The notes below the pieces were generated by a model, which was given only the letters and a program-made list of their open reading frames with translations, searched no databases and was not told where the DNA came from. Shown here piece after piece: positions 9,017 to 19,079 of a DNA stretch of 64,000 bases (position 1 is its first letter; every line of letters begins with the position of its first letter). The position numbers and the translations under genes were made by a program. The stretch lies in contig JAZJZK010000009.1 of the NCBI GenBank assembly GCA_040389905.1, forward strand, positions 32,001 through 96,000, in the 5' to 3' direction. This DNA is from Gemmatimonadota bacterium. GTDB taxonomy: Bacteria > Gemmatimonadota > Gemmatimonadetes > Gemmatimonadales > Gemmatimonadaceae.

Positions 9017-10843
9017 ATGGCCGCTCCGGTCGCCTCCAGCGAACGCCTTGGCGATCTCCTCGTCCGCGAGGGGCTCATCACGCGCGAGCAACTGGAAAAG
9101 GCCCTCCAGGAGCAGCGCCAGAGCGGCACCCGCGTCGGCTATAATCTCGTCAAGCTCGGCTTCATCCCTGAAACCGAGCTCACCAAGATGCTCGCGCGGC
9201 AGTACAAGATGCCCGCCGTCGATCTCTCCAAGTTCGAGGTCGACCCCCGAATCGCCAAGCTCATCCCCGGCGACCTCGCGATCAAGCATCTCGTTCTGCC
9301 ACTCAAGCGCGACGGCCGCACGCTCACCGTCGCCATGGCCGACCCGACGAACCTCGGCGTCCTCGACGACCTGAAGTTCATCACGCGCTACGACATCTTC
9401 CCCGTCATCGGCGGCGAGTTCACGCTCAAGAGCGCCATCGAGAAGCTGTACGAAAACACCGCCGACTCCCAGGTCAACGATCTCCTCAGTGTGATCGACG
9501 ACATGGAGAACGACGTCGAAGTCGTCGAGGAGAAGGAGGAGGATCAGGCCGCTGCGCAGCTCAGCGCGCAGATGGAAGATGCGCCGGTCGTGAAGCTGAT
9601 CAACGCCATCCTCACCGACGCCGTGAAGAAAGGCGCGTCGGATATTCATTTCGAGTGCTTCGAGCACGACATCCGCGTGCGCTACCGCATCGACGGTGCG
9701 CTCATGGAAGTGATGAAGCCGCCCATGAAGCTCAAGGCGGCCCTCATCTCGCGCTTCAAGATCATGTCGCAGCTGAACATCGCCGAGCGACGCGTGCCGC
9801 AGGACGGGCGTATCAAGCTGAAGATGGGCAAGAAAGTCATCGACTACCGCGTGTCGACGCTGCCCACGCTCTTCGGCGAAAAGATCGTGCTCCGAATTCT
9901 CGACAAGGGCAACCTGACGCTCGACCTCGAGAAGTTCGGCATCGAGCCCAAGGCCGAGAAGGACTTGATGGAAGCGGTGTCGAATCCCTACGGCATGGTG
10001 CTCGTCACGGGCCCCACGGGATCAGGCAAGACGACGACGCTCTACTCGGCGCTCTCGAAGGTCAATAACATCGACGTCAACATCATGACCGCCGAAGATC
10101 CCGTGGAGTACAATCTCTACGGGGTCAATCAGGTGCTGGTGCGCACGGAAATCGGCATGACGTTCGCTGCGGCGCTCAAGGCGTTCCTGCGACAGGATCC
10201 GAACATCATCATGGTCGGCGAGATCCGCGACCTCGAAACCGGCGGTATCGCCATCAAGGCGGCACTCACCGGCCACATGGTGCTTTCCACCCTGCACACC
10301 AACTCGGCGCCGGAGACCGTCACCCGCCTCATGGACATGGGTCTCGAGCCATTCAACGTGGCGTCGGCGCTCAACCTGGTGCTCGCGCAACGACTGCTGC
10401 GCCGCATCTGCGGCAACTGCAAAATCCAGTATACGCCAAGCGCCGAGGAGTTCGACGTCGCGAAGGTGAAGTCGGACACGACCTTCCGTACGCTTCGCTT
10501 CAAGCAGGAAACCATCGACAACGCCAAGGTGAAGGCCAGCCCCGAGGCGATGCCGCTCCTTCAGAATGTGACACTCGACACACCGGTCATGCAGTTGCCC
10601 TTCTTCAAGGGAAAAGGCTGTGACAAGTGTGGTGGCAGCGGCATGAAGGGCCGCCAGGGTGTCTACGAGGTGATGCCGATGAGTCCGAACCTCCGGAAGC
10701 TCATTCTTCAGAATGTCGGCGCAGCCGAAATCCGTGATGCGGCCGTGGATGAAGGAATGCTCACGCTGCGTATGGACGGCTGGGTCAAGGTCATGAAAGG
10801 CATCACGACGCTCGAACAGGTTGTTCGCGAGACCTCGGCATAG
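9017..10843 (+). CDS. pilB: Type IV pilus assembly ATPase PilB with MshEN domain
   Basis: RLGDLLVREGLI...LEKALQEQ MshEN, ASDIH, PQDGR, GPTGSGKTTT, EDPVEY, LRQDP, GHMVLSTLHTN, two CxxC. Confidence 0.95.
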   Translation: MAAPVASSERLGDLLVREGLITREQLEKALQEQRQSGTRVGYNLVKLGFIPETELTKMLARQYKMPAVDLSKFEVDPRIAKLIPGDLAIKHLVLPLKRDGRTLTVAMADPTNLGVLDDLKFITRYDIFPVIGGEFTLKSAIEKLYENTADSQVNDLLSVIDDMENDVEVVEEKEEDQAAAQLSAQMEDAPVVKLINAILTDAVKKGASDIHFECFEHDIRVRYRIDGALMEVMKPPMKLKAALISRFKIMSQLNIAERRVPQDGRIKLKMGKKVIDYRVSTLPTLFGEKIVLRILDKGNLTLDLEKFGIEPKAEKDLMEAVSNPYGMVLVTGPTGSGKTTTLYSALSKVNNIDVNIMTAEDPVEYNLYGVNQVLVRTEIGMTFAAALKAFLRQDPNIIMVGEIRDLETGGIAIKAALTGHMVLSTLHTNSAPETVTRLMDMGLEPFNVASALNLVLAQRLLRRICGNCKIQYTPSAEEFDVAKVKSDTTFRTLRFKQETIDNAKVKASPEAMPLLQNVTLDTPVMQLPFFKGKGCDKCGGSGMKGRQGVYEVMPMSPNLRKLILQNVGAAEIRDAAVDEGMLTLRMDGWVKVMKGITTLEQVVRETSA

Positions 10844-10906
10844 CGCGGTCTTGTTCCCCTCCATAGCCTTGAATCGTCAACTCTTCGGCGGGCGACGTTG
10901 CCCTCG

Positions 10907-10946
10907 TGTCATCCCGAGCGAGCGAAGCGAGTCGAGGGATCTGCAC
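10907..10946. repeat. GTCAT-type REP-like palindromic unit (single half)
   Basis: TGTCATCCCGAGCGAGCGAAGCGAGTCGAGGGATCTGCAC, similar to units at 13665, 28661 and 52693. Confidence 0.75.
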
Positions 10947-10970
10947 CGGTAGTTACCTGTAGCCCAGACC

Positions 10971-12119
10971 ATGACCGCTCCCGCACAAGCCGCTGGCGTC
11001 AACCTCCGCGTCCTCCTCGAGGAAGTCATCGAGCGCAACGCGTCCGATCTGCACATCACGGCCGGCGAACGCCCCAAGATGCGCATCGACGGTGAGATCG
11101 AGAATTCGAACATCGAGTACGTGATGACGCCGAAGGACACCCTTCAGCTCGCGTACAGCGTCCTTACCGAAAATCAGAAAAAGCGTTTCGAGATGGAGGA
11201 CGAGCTGGATTTCTCGTTCGGCATCCAGAACCTCGCGCGCTTTCGCGGCAACTGCTTCAAGCAGCGCGGTTGCGTGAGCATGGTCATTCGGCAGATTCCG
11301 TTCAACATCAAGACCTTCGACGAGCTCAAGCTGCCGGATGTCATCCGCAAGATGGCGGAGAAGCCGCGCGGCCTGATCCTGGTCACCGGTCCCACCGGCT
11401 CCGGCAAGAGCACGACGCTCGCCGCCATGATCGACAAGATCAACAAGGACCGGCGCGGCCACATCATCACCGTCGAAGACCCCATCGAGTTCATTCATCG
11501 CCACCAGGGCTGCATCGTCAACCAGCGCGAGGTGGGCACGGATACGAAGAGCTTCCAGGCATCGCTCAAGTACGCGTTGCGACAGGATCCGGACGTCATC
11601 CTCATCGGTGAGATGCGCGACCTGGATACCATCCAGGCGGCGCTGACCATTTCCGAAACGGGACACCTTGCCTTCGCCACGTTGCACACGAACAGCGCGG
11701 CCGAGGCGATCAACCGTATCATCGACGTGTTTCCGAGTCACCAGCAGAGTCAGGTCCGCGCACAACTCGCATTCGTGCTCGAGGGCATCGTTACGCAGAC
11801 GCTGCTGCCCAAGGCCAAGGGCCGCGGTCGCGCCATGGCCGCGGAAATCCTCGTCGTCACACCCGCCGTGCGCGCACTCATCCGCGACGACAAGATTCAC
11901 CAGATCTACAGCACCATGCAGTCCGGAAAGAAATTCGGCATGCAGACCATGAACGATGCCTTGTATAATCTGTACATGAACCGCGAAGTCGCGCTGGAAG
12001 ATTGCCTGCGCAGCTCGCACGATCAAACCGAGTTCCTCCGCATGATCGGTCAGTCGCCGGAGGACGAGGCGAAGAAGCCCGGTGGTCCGCCTGCGATGGC
12101 CGGAGGAATGAAGCGTTAG
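10971..12119 (+). CDS. pilT: Type IV pilus retraction ATPase PilT
   Basis: ASDLH, GPTGSGKST, EDPIEF, QREVG, LRQDPD, ETGHL, TLHT, AVRALIRD, GMQTM. Confidence 0.95.
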   Translation: MTAPAQAAGVNLRVLLEEVIERNASDLHITAGERPKMRIDGEIENSNIEYVMTPKDTLQLAYSVLTENQKKRFEMEDELDFSFGIQNLARFRGNCFKQRGCVSMVIRQIPFNIKTFDELKLPDVIRKMAEKPRGLILVTGPTGSGKSTTLAAMIDKINKDRRGHIITVEDPIEFIHRHQGCIVNQREVGTDTKSFQASLKYALRQDPDVILIGEMRDLDTIQAALTISETGHLAFATLHTNSAAEAINRIIDVFPSHQQSQVRAQLAFVLEGIVTQTLLPKAKGRGRAMAAEILVVTPAVRALIRDDKIHQIYSTMQSGKKFGMQTMNDALYNLYMNREVALEDCLRSSHDQTEFLRMIGQSPEDEAKKPGGPPAMAGGMKR

Positions 12120-12141
12120 TTGTCATCCGTGAAGGGAACCG

Positions 12142-13344
12142 ATGCCTAGTTTTACCTATACTGCCCGCGCCCTCAACGGCGACCTTCGTACGGCGACGAT
12201 CGACGCGCCGAACCGCGATGAAGTCGTCAACCAGCTCAAGCGGCAGCGACTGAACGTCGTCAAGATCGACGAAACGAAGGTCGCGCAGAAGAAGAAGTCC
12301 GGCGGCAAGATCTCGATGCGCGACATCGTGATCTTCACCCGCCAGTTCTCCACGATGATCAACGCCGGCCTGCCGCTCGTGCAGGCACTCGACATCCTGA
12401 GCAAGCAGAGCGAAAACCCTGCGCTCAAGGATGTCACCATCGCCGTGGTGTTCGACGTGGAATCGGGGCACACCGTCGCCGACGCGCTGGCCAAGCACCC
12501 CAAGGCCTTCGGTGAACTGTACGTCAACATGGTGGCCGCCGGTGAGGCGGGCGGTATTCTCGACACCATCCTGATGCGCTTGGCGACGTTCATGGAAAAG
12601 AACGACGCCCTCGTCCGGAAAGTGAAGGGCGCCATGATCTATCCGGGCGTCATCTCCGCCGTGGCCGGCATCGCCATCAGCGTGCTGCTCATCTTCGTCA
12701 TTCCGGTGTTCGAGAAGATGTTTGCGAGCGTCGGCCTGCCCCTCCCGTTGCCGACGCGCGTCGTCATCGCGATGTCGAACTTCCTGCGCGGCATCGGTGG
12801 CGTGGTCACGGTGGCCGCGATTGTTGGCGCCGGCTACATGCTCAAGAACTACTACAAGACGTCGAACGGCAAGCTCCAGATCGACAAATTGATGCTCAAG
12901 GCGCCGGTCCTCGGCGACGTGTTGCGCAAGTCCGCCGTGTCACGCTTCACGCGAACGCTGGGCACGCTGATTGGCTCGGGTGTGTCGATTCTCGACGGCC
13001 TCGAGATCACGGCGAAGACCGCAGGTAACCGCGTGATTTCCGACGCGATCATGGAATCACGGACGTCGATCGCCGGCGGTGAAACGATTGCTGCACCGCT
13101 CCAGAAATCGGCCGTGTTTCCGCCCATGGTGATCTCCATGATCGCCGTCGGCGAACAAACCGGTGGTCTCGACGAAATGTTGTCCAAGATCGCCGACTTC
13201 TACGATGAAGAGGTTGACGCAGCTGTCTCGGGTCTGTTGAGCCTCATGGAACCAGTCATGATCGTGTTCCTCGGCGTGGTCGTTGGCGGCATGGTCGTGG
13301 CCATGTACCTGCCGATCTTCGACATGATCAACGCGGTGCAGTAG
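12142..13344 (+). CDS. pilC: Type IV pilus platform protein PilC (T2SSF family)
   Basis: FTRQFSTMINAGLPL, AGEAGG, YP, GEQTG, EP...YLPIF. Confidence 0.95.
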   Translation: MPSFTYTARALNGDLRTATIDAPNRDEVVNQLKRQRLNVVKIDETKVAQKKKSGGKISMRDIVIFTRQFSTMINAGLPLVQALDILSKQSENPALKDVTIAVVFDVESGHTVADALAKHPKAFGELYVNMVAAGEAGGILDTILMRLATFMEKNDALVRKVKGAMIYPGVISAVAGIAISVLLIFVIPVFEKMFASVGLPLPLPTRVVIAMSNFLRGIGGVVTVAAIVGAGYMLKNYYKTSNGKLQIDKLMLKAPVLGDVLRKSAVSRFTRTLGTLIGSGVSILDGLEITAKTAGNRVISDAIMESRTSIAGGETIAAPLQKSAVFPPMVISMIAVGEQTGGLDEMLSKIADFYDEEVDAAVSGLLSLMEPVMIVFLGVVVGGMVVAMYLPIFDMINAVQ

Positions 13345-13354
13345 TCGCCAGATC

Positions 13355-13618
13355 GTGCGCCGTTCCGTCTTCACCACTCGTGTTGTTCCCGACGCAGCCG
13401 AGGAACAGCGCGCCATGGCGGAATTGAGAGTGCTGGCATTCGAGCACGCAACCCCGGAAGAGGTGGCGCGAATGCTGGCACTCGAAGCACGCAATGCCCA
13501 GCTTCGCGCCGAATGCGAGGCACTCGATCGCCAGCAGCTGCGCCGTCGCAATCTCGCGTTCGTGACGGTCGTGCTTCTCTGTACGGTCGCGTTCCTGTTC
13601 GGCTGGATGCGAAAATAG
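13355..13618 (+). CDS. Small hypothetical protein, coiled coil plus C-terminal TM helix
   Basis: Fills the gap after pilC; hydrophobic C-terminus. Start uncertain. Confidence 0.5.
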   Translation: MRRSVFTTRVVPDAAEEQRAMAELRVLAFEHATPEEVARMLALEARNAQLRAECEALDRQQLRRRNLAFVTVVLLCTVAFLFGWMRK

Positions 13619-13664
13619 AGGTCGTGGCACTGGCCCAGCAGGCTGTCGAAGAGGCGGTACATTT

Positions 13665-13772
13665 TGTCATCCCGCACGAGCGACCGCGAGTGTCGGGATC
13701 TTCTGTCCAAGCCGAGCCGCTCGCTTCGTGAACTGCGGACAGGCAGATCCCTCGAGTGCGCTCGGGATGACA
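13665..13772. repeat. GTCAT-type REP doublet (inverted pair)
   Basis: TGTCATCCCG...GGGATCT ... AGATCCCTCG...CGGGATGACA. Confidence 0.8.
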
Positions 13773-13782
13773 TCACCGGCGC

Positions 13783-13828
13783 TTGCCGGTCATTAAGTAT
13801 GGCCATACATTTCAGAGTATGGCCATAC
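13783..13828 (+). promoter_or_regulatory. TA promoter (TTGCCG-17-TACATT) with two perfect GTATGGCCATAC palindromes
   Basis: Palindromes at 13797-13808 and 13817-13828; the second covers the antitoxin ATG. Confidence 0.75.
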
Positions 13829-14103
13829 CAAAGATCAAGGCGACCTACTCGCTTGACGAGGTGACCGCGAAGAAGCTCGGAGAAATCGCGCGGAGGTGGA
13901 ATACCTCCAAGTCCGGCGCGCTGTCACGGCTCATCGATCAGGGTGCGCAATCCATGTCAAACTCCGACGATGTGCAGCGCAAGCTCGACGCGTTGAAGCG
14001 TTTTCAGGAGGCAAATCGCCACATCACCCGCGAGCAATGGGACCAGTTCGAGCGGGAGCGGAAGGAGATGTGGCGCGAGCCACTCGGTGGGGAGCCCTGT
14101 TGA
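13819..14103 (+). CDS. RHH/CopG-type antitoxin (VapB-like)
   Basis: KATYSLDE...KLGEIARRWNTSKSGALSRLI ribbon-helix-helix pattern; overlaps the PIN gene. Confidence 0.75.
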   Translation: MAIPKIKATYSLDEVTAKKLGEIARRWNTSKSGALSRLIDQGAQSMSNSDDVQRKLDALKRFQEANRHITREQWDQFERERKEMWREPLGGEPC

Positions 14104-14471
14104 CGATCCATCTCGACACCAACTTCCTGGTCGCGCTCGCCAGCGACGATTCCCGCGCGACGGGCGCGGTAACTCAGTGGCTCCACGAGGATCGCGAGAT
14201 CCACGTCTCAGCGGTGGCCTGGGCCGGGTTCCTGTGTGGGCCAGTCACCGATATAGCCACGTTGCAGGCGCTGCTTCCTCCACCCGTGGCCTTCGAGGCA
14301 GACGATGCCGCAAAGGCAGCTGCGCTCTTCAATGCGACCGGACGGCGCTCGCGCTCCCTGCAGGATTGCATGATCGCCGCCGCTGCGATCCGCGCAAATG
14401 CGGAACTCGCAACGATGGACATGAAGGGTTTCCGCCGCTACGAGCAGTTCGGCCTGCGCATCGTCCGCTAG
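14100..14471 (+). CDS. PIN-domain toxin (VapC-like)
   Basis: IHLDTNFL, SAVAW, SLQDCMIAAAA, LATMD; TTG start overlaps the antitoxin stop. Confidence 0.85.
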   Translation: MTIHLDTNFLVALASDDSRATGAVTQWLHEDREIHVSAVAWAGFLCGPVTDIATLQALLPPPVAFEADDAAKAAALFNATGRRSRSLQDCMIAAAAIRANAELATMDMKGFRRYEQFGLRIVR

Positions 14472-14649
14472 TCGGCACGGCGGCGGCTGCATGACGTACG
14501 AGGGGAGCAGCAGGCCGGCTACTACATCGAGCGGCACAAGGCGGTCGATGCGCGACAAAGTCGCCGCGCTGAAGGTCCCGCGTTTGCCGACCGCGTGGAC
14601 CACGAGTAACTTTGTTCGCTCCTGCGACCCACTGCCAGCGCAACGACTC

Positions 14650-14910
14650 TTGCCCATCGATCGCAGCAAACTCGCGCAACGCACCGTGCTCTGGACCATC
14701 ATCGGATTCTCGGTGAAGGGCACGGTGACCTTGGCGATCATGGCCTACTCAGCCTTCGTGGTGTGGAGCGGCGATAACGCCGAGAATGAGCTGTTTTCGC
14801 ACGCGTTGGCCCTCGTGGTGGTTACCGCCTTGATCGGCGCGCTTTGCATGACGCGCTACATCGCCCGTCGAAACGCAGCCGCCCGCACGCCCGAACGCTC
14901 GCGTCGCTGA
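14650..14910 (+). CDS. Small hypothetical membrane protein
   Basis: Two hydrophobic segments; start uncertain. Confidence 0.4.
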   Translation: MPIDRSKLAQRTVLWTIIGFSVKGTVTLAIMAYSAFVVWSGDNAENELFSHALALVVVTALIGALCMTRYIARRNAAARTPERSRR

Positions 14911-14927
14911 CGCAAGTCGGCTGTTCG

Positions 14928-15323
14928 TTAAGTCGACCGCGCTTCCGGGTACACGCCCAGTAGCATATCGACCTCATCCGTCGCCTGGAGCTGGTGCGAT
15001 ACGCCAGGTGCAAGCGACAGGATCTGCCCGGAGTTGAGATCATGCTGCTCGGCTTCCGTGCGCACGGAGAGACGTCCAGCAAGCACATGAATCGTCACCC
15101 AGCCCGGCGCCGCATGCTCCTTCATGCTGCCTCCCGCATCGAACGCGAATAGCACCAGCCGGACCGGCCCTTGGTGCATGAGCGCGATCTGTCGATGCCC
15201 GTTGGCGCCTGGCCGGGCTTCCGCACGGAGCGCTCGAAGTGCCGCAGGGATATCGAGCAGATGCTCGGCGCCGGCGAAACGGTCGGATGGATGCGGACGT
15301 GGACGGTCTTCGATTGCTGGCAT
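14928..15323 (-). CDS. Cupin-domain protein
   Basis: LVLFAFDAGGSMKEH...IHVLAG...LAPGVSH cupin motifs. Confidence 0.8.
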   Translation of the reverse strand: MPAIEDRPRPHPSDRFAGAEHLLDIPAALRALRAEARPGANGHRQIALMHQGPVRLVLFAFDAGGSMKEHAAPGWVTIHVLAGRLSVRTEAEQHDLNSGQILSLAPGVSHQLQATDEVDMLLGVYPEARST

Positions 15324-15475
15324 TCGCGCTCTCCGGCTTTGGTATGCGGTCGTGATTGCGGACTCGGCCGCCGTGAACCCACTGAGTGCTTCAAATAGTG
15401 GGCCTGTCAGCCTGGGGAAACTCCCCACACGGAGCGAGAACTGGCCCCGACTGCACCGCGACTCGAAAAGAAGGA

Positions 15476-15495
15476 TTCTCATATCAGCATGAGAA
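15476..15495. promoter_or_regulatory. Inverted repeat TTCTCAT-N6-ATGAGAA upstream of nirK (candidate operator)
   Basis: Perfect 7-bp arms in an AT-rich patch ~30 bp before the nirK start. Confidence 0.5.
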
Positions 15496-15523
15496 ACTCC
15501 TCAATCGCCGAGCAGAACCGACA

Positions 15524-16621
15524 ATGATACCCACGCCTCTTTCTTCAGTGCGAATCACGGCGAGCCGGCTGTCGGCGATCGCCGCTGCGCTACTCGCGCT
15601 CGCGAACATTGCCGCCTGCGGCGCGCCGGCGGACGCCGCCGAAAGCCGCATCGGCGTTCCGGTCCGCTCGGCGCCCAGTGCCATCGTGGGTCAGGAAACC
15701 GCGATCCTCACCGCTGCGCCCAACGTGCCGCCGCCGATTACCCGCACGAACCCGACCAAGGTCATCGTCAACCTCGACGTCGTCGAGAAGACCATGCGTC
15801 TCGCCGACAGTGTCGAGTACACCATGTGGACCTTCGGGGGCTCCGTCCCGGGCAGCTTCATCCGCGTCCGCGAGGGAGATCTCGTCGAGATGCACCTGCG
15901 GAACGCGTCGAACAGCACGATGCCCCACAATATCGACCTGCACGCGGTTACCGGTCCAGGCGGAGGCGCAAAGACATCGCTCGCCATGCCGGGCCAGGAG
16001 TCGGTCTTCAGCTTCACCGCGCTCAACCCGGGCCTCTACGTCTATCACTGCGCGACCTCGCCCGTGCCGATGCACATGGCGAATGGCATGTACGGCATGA
16101 TTCTCGTCGAGCCCAAGGCGGGACTCCCGAAGGTCGATCGCGAATTCTACGTGATGCAAAGCGAGTTCTATACGACGGGCAAGTTCGGCGCGCATGGCCT
16201 GCAGTCACTCGACATGGACAAGGGCGTCGACGAAAAGCCCACCTACGTCGTCTTCAACGGCAGCGTCGGCGCGCTGACGGGCGACAAGGCACTGAAAGCA
16301 AACGTCGGCGAACGCGTGAGAATCTTCTTCGGCGACGCAGGCCCGAACCTCACGAGTTCCTTTCACGTGATCGGCGAAGTATTCGACAACGTGTACGCCG
16401 AGGGCGGCACGACCGTGAGCCACAACGTGCAGACGACGCTCGTGCCGTCCGGTGGCGCGGTGATCGTGGAGTTCGGTGTCGAGAATCCTGGCGACCTGAT
16501 TCTGGTCGATCACTCGATCTTCCGCGCCTTCAACAAGGGAGCACTCGGCGTCCTCACCGTCACGGGCAACGGCGACAAGAAGATCTTCTCGGCGCTCAAG
16601 GGCCTTGGCATCGCCGAGTAG
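15524..16621 (+). CDS. nirK: Copper-containing nitrite reductase (AniA-like lipoprotein)
   Basis: [36 protein letters not shown]; lipobox-like IAAC. Confidence 0.93.
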   Translation: MIPTPLSSVRITASRLSAIAAALLALANIAACGAPADAAESRIGVPVRSAPSAIVGQETAILTAAPNVPPPITRTNPTKVIVNLDVVEKTMRLADSVEYTMWTFGGSVPGSFIRVREGDLVEMHLRNASNSTMPHNIDLHAVTGPGGGAKTSLAMPGQESVFSFTALNPGLYVYHCATSPVPMHMANGMYGMILVEPKAGLPKVDREFYVMQSEFYTTGKFGAHGLQSLDMDKGVDEKPTYVVFNGSVGALTGDKALKANVGERVRIFFGDAGPNLTSSFHVIGEVFDNVYAEGGTTVSHNVQTTLVPSGGAVIVEFGVENPGDLILVDHSIFRAFNKGALGVLTVTGNGDKKIFSALKGLGIAE

Positions 16622-16631
16622 GGGGAGAATC

Positions 16632-17432
16632 ATGCAGACGCACCTTCTCCTGCTCCTTGCGCTGTCCTCCACGCGCGCAGCCGCGACGAATGGCGCGGTC
16701 AGCGTGCGGAATAACCCGGCGAAGGTGCGGGCCATGGCGACCATCCCCGCCGGCAATTATCGCCCGCTCTTCACGTCCGCCGGGCGAGAGCGGGTGCGCA
16801 TTGCGGCATTCCGCCTCGACCGAGTCCAGGTCACGCGAGGCGACTTTGCGGACTTCGTCGCGACGCACCCGCAGTGGAGACGGAGCGACGTTCCCGCTGC
16901 GCAGGCCGATGCGGGCTATCTCTCCGACTGGAGCGCGTCAGGCAGCCCAGGCACTACGTCCGAACGTGCGCGCCCGGTTTCCTCGGTCTCGTGGTTCGCG
17001 GCACGCGCCTATTGCGAGGCGCAGGGGAAGCGACTTCCGACGGTCGACGAGTGGGAGTACGTCGCGGCGGCGGACGAGACTCGGCGCGATGCCAGCGACG
17101 ACCCCGTCGTGCGAAACCGCATTCTTGCGCTTACCGCGGCGCGGGGAGGGAAGCCGCCCGTTGCCGGTCGGGGCGCACCGAATGTCTATGGCGTGCGCGA
17201 TTTGCACGGTGTGGTCTGGGAGTGGACGCAGGAATACAACGGGATCGTCCAGCACGCGTCCCACGGAGCCGCGGGAATGCCACTCGCGCACGATCTGTAC
17301 TGCGCCGGCGGAGCGATTGGCGCGTCTGATCCTTCGAACTATCCGGCTTTCGCACGCTTCTCGGTCCGCGGGGGGCTCACACGACGCTCCACGTCGAAGA
17401 GCGTTGGATTCCGTTGCGCGGCGAAGGCCTAG
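16632..17432 (+). CDS. Formylglycine-generating-enzyme-family protein (NirV-like)
   Basis: PV..VSWFAARAYC...KRLPT..EWEY, N.YGVRDLHG.VWEW, GFRCA; 10 bp after nirK with GGAG RBS. Confidence 0.85.
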   Translation: MQTHLLLLLALSSTRAAATNGAVSVRNNPAKVRAMATIPAGNYRPLFTSAGRERVRIAAFRLDRVQVTRGDFADFVATHPQWRRSDVPAAQADAGYLSDWSASGSPGTTSERARPVSSVSWFAARAYCEAQGKRLPTVDEWEYVAAADETRRDASDDPVVRNRILALTAARGGKPPVAGRGAPNVYGVRDLHGVVWEWTQEYNGIVQHASHGAAGMPLAHDLYCAGGAIGASDPSNYPAFARFSVRGGLTRRSTSKSVGFRCAAKA

Positions 17433-18397
17433 CCGGTCACGCCCTCGCTGATCCGGCGGAGCTCCGCAACCAGCCCCCCGACGCTGTCCTCTACCCGGAT
17501 GTTGAGTGCGAGCAGCTCGCGCGCGATCGCGCGCACCCCGTTGCCGCCGACCACCAGCTCCACCTCGTTTGGCAATCGCGCGCGTAGCGACGCGAGCTCG
17601 TCGAGCACGCGGCGACCTCCTTCGACGAGGATCACGCTGATTGCCACAACGCGTACTCGCGCCGCTGCGGCCGCAGCCGCAATGTCGGCTGATGGCAGAT
17701 CGGCGCCGAGGTAGAGGACATTCCATCCTTCAACGGCCGCTGCCGCGCCAACAAGCGCTGCGCCGATGGCGTGCCGATCTCCGGCGGGGGTCGCGACGAG
17801 GATGCGCGGTGCCCGCGGGCGCGCGAAAACGGCGCGCATTGCCCCTGTGAGGATGTCGTGGACGAGCGACGAGACGAGGTGCTCCTGGGCCGGCGTCATA
17901 CGTCCTGCGTGCCACTCGTCTCCAACTCGCCTGAGCAAAGGGGCGGCAATCGTCTCGATGAACGCAGGGATGCCCAGGTTGGCGGCTGAGCGCCGAAGCG
18001 TCTCCTCAACTGCCGCCCCGTCCAGTGACTGCGCCAGCCCGATCGCGGTGAGTACGACATCCTCCGCCCACCCAGGACTCGCGACCGCGCCGAGCGGGGC
18101 CGGGCGCGACTCGCGTGCGACACTGTCCTCGCGAACCAATTCCTCGATGTCGCGGGTTGGCAAATGTGCGAGCCTGCCAATGCTCCGGCCAGCGCGTGTG
18201 GCGGACTGCAGCAGCGTCAATCGGTGGACGTCTGCATCCGAATACAGCCTGTTGCCGCCAGCGTCCCGTACGGGGGTGACCGCTGCGTACCGCCGCTCCC
18301 AAACGCGCAACACGTCCTGCGTGAGCCCCGTCCGCTCAGACACGACCGCGATCGGATGACGCGCACTCGGCGCGACCTGTTCCCTGGGTTTCTGCAT
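17429..18397 (-). CDS. MerR-family B12-binding transcriptional regulator (CarH/LitR-like)
   Basis: MerR HTH (LRVWERRY...R..GG.RLYS), W-x9-EH (WHAGRMTPAQEH), B12 motif GDRHAIGA, YLGADLP. Confidence 0.88.
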   Translation of the reverse strand: MQKPREQVAPSARHPIAVVSERTGLTQDVLRVWERRYAAVTPVRDAGGNRLYSDADVHRLTLLQSATRAGRSIGRLAHLPTRDIEELVREDSVARESRPAPLGAVASPGWAEDVVLTAIGLAQSLDGAAVEETLRRSAANLGIPAFIETIAAPLLRRVGDEWHAGRMTPAQEHLVSSLVHDILTGAMRAVFARPRAPRILVATPAGDRHAIGAALVGAAAAVEGWNVLYLGADLPSADIAAAAAAARVRVVAISVILVEGGRRVLDELASLRARLPNEVELVVGGNGVRAIARELLALNIRVEDSVGGLVAELRRISEGVTG

Positions 18398-18416
18398 TGG
18401 CACAGTAATGCGTAGC

Positions 18417-18502
18417 CGTCTAGCACATGTCAAGGCAAAAGATGGACATACACTTGACAACAGTGTGATACACAGTGGAGATTGATGGACAAGTGATGGA
18501 CA
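18417..18502. promoter_or_regulatory. Candidate CarH operator: ~11-bp-period TnnACA direct repeats over divergent promoters
   Basis: TGGACA 18443, TTGACA 18454, TGGAGA 18476, TGGACA 18486, TGGACA 18497; minus-strand TTGACA 18433 and TAGACG 18422. Confidence 0.75.
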
Positions 18503-18550
18503 ACCATTCGGTCCACGCGCACACACACTCACACCTGAAGGAGCTCTCCC

Positions 18551-19072
18551 ATGAAAAAGACCGTACTCATGTCGCTGGCGCTCGCCACGACCCTGTCAGC
18601 CATTCCATCCACGGTGCCTGCCCAGGCTACGGCCCGCGCGCAGAACATCCTGGAAGTCGCCGTGGCCGACGGCAGCTTCAAGACGTTGGTAGCCGCGGTG
18701 CAGGCAGCCGGCCTGGCAGAGACGCTGAGCGGGCCCGGGCCGTTCACGGTATTCGCGCCGACCGACGCCGCGTTTGCCAAGCTGCCTGCGGGCACTGTAG
18801 ACGCGCTGCTGGCCGACAAGACGAAGCTCGCGTCCATCCTCACGTACCACGTGTTGAGCGGAAAGATTGGGGCGGGCGACGTGGTCAAGGCTGGTGGAGC
18901 GAAGCCCGCGACGGTCAATGGTCAGACGTTGGACATCGTCGTGCGGGCCGGAAAGGTGTACGTCAACGGTGCGCAGGTTGTGTCGGCTGACATCGTTGCA
19001 TCGAATGGCGTCATCCACGTGATCGACAGCGTGCTCCTGCCGAAGCAGGCAGTCGGTGCCGTCGCTCGCTGA
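18551..19072 (+). CDS. Secreted fasciclin (FAS1) domain protein
   Basis: Signal peptide; [28 protein letters not shown]. Confidence 0.93.
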   Translation: MKKTVLMSLALATTLSAIPSTVPAQATARAQNILEVAVADGSFKTLVAAVQAAGLAETLSGPGPFTVFAPTDAAFAKLPAGTVDALLADKTKLASILTYHVLSGKIGAGDVVKAGGAKPATVNGQTLDIVVRAGKVYVNGAQVVSADIVASNGVIHVIDSVLLPKQAVGAVAR

Positions 19073-19079
19073 CCGGACG

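Noticed and set aside
12120..12141. TGTCATCC between pilT and pilC as a fifth REP copy
   Set aside because: The match is only ~8 bp and overlaps the pilC ribosome-binding region; insufficient support.
15826..17451. Long alternative-frame ORFs (e.g. 15826-17451, 5179-6630, 42159-43637, 37020-38417, 46187-47563)
   Set aside because: Shadow ORFs expected in high-GC DNA; they overlap well-supported genes and show no recognisable motifs.
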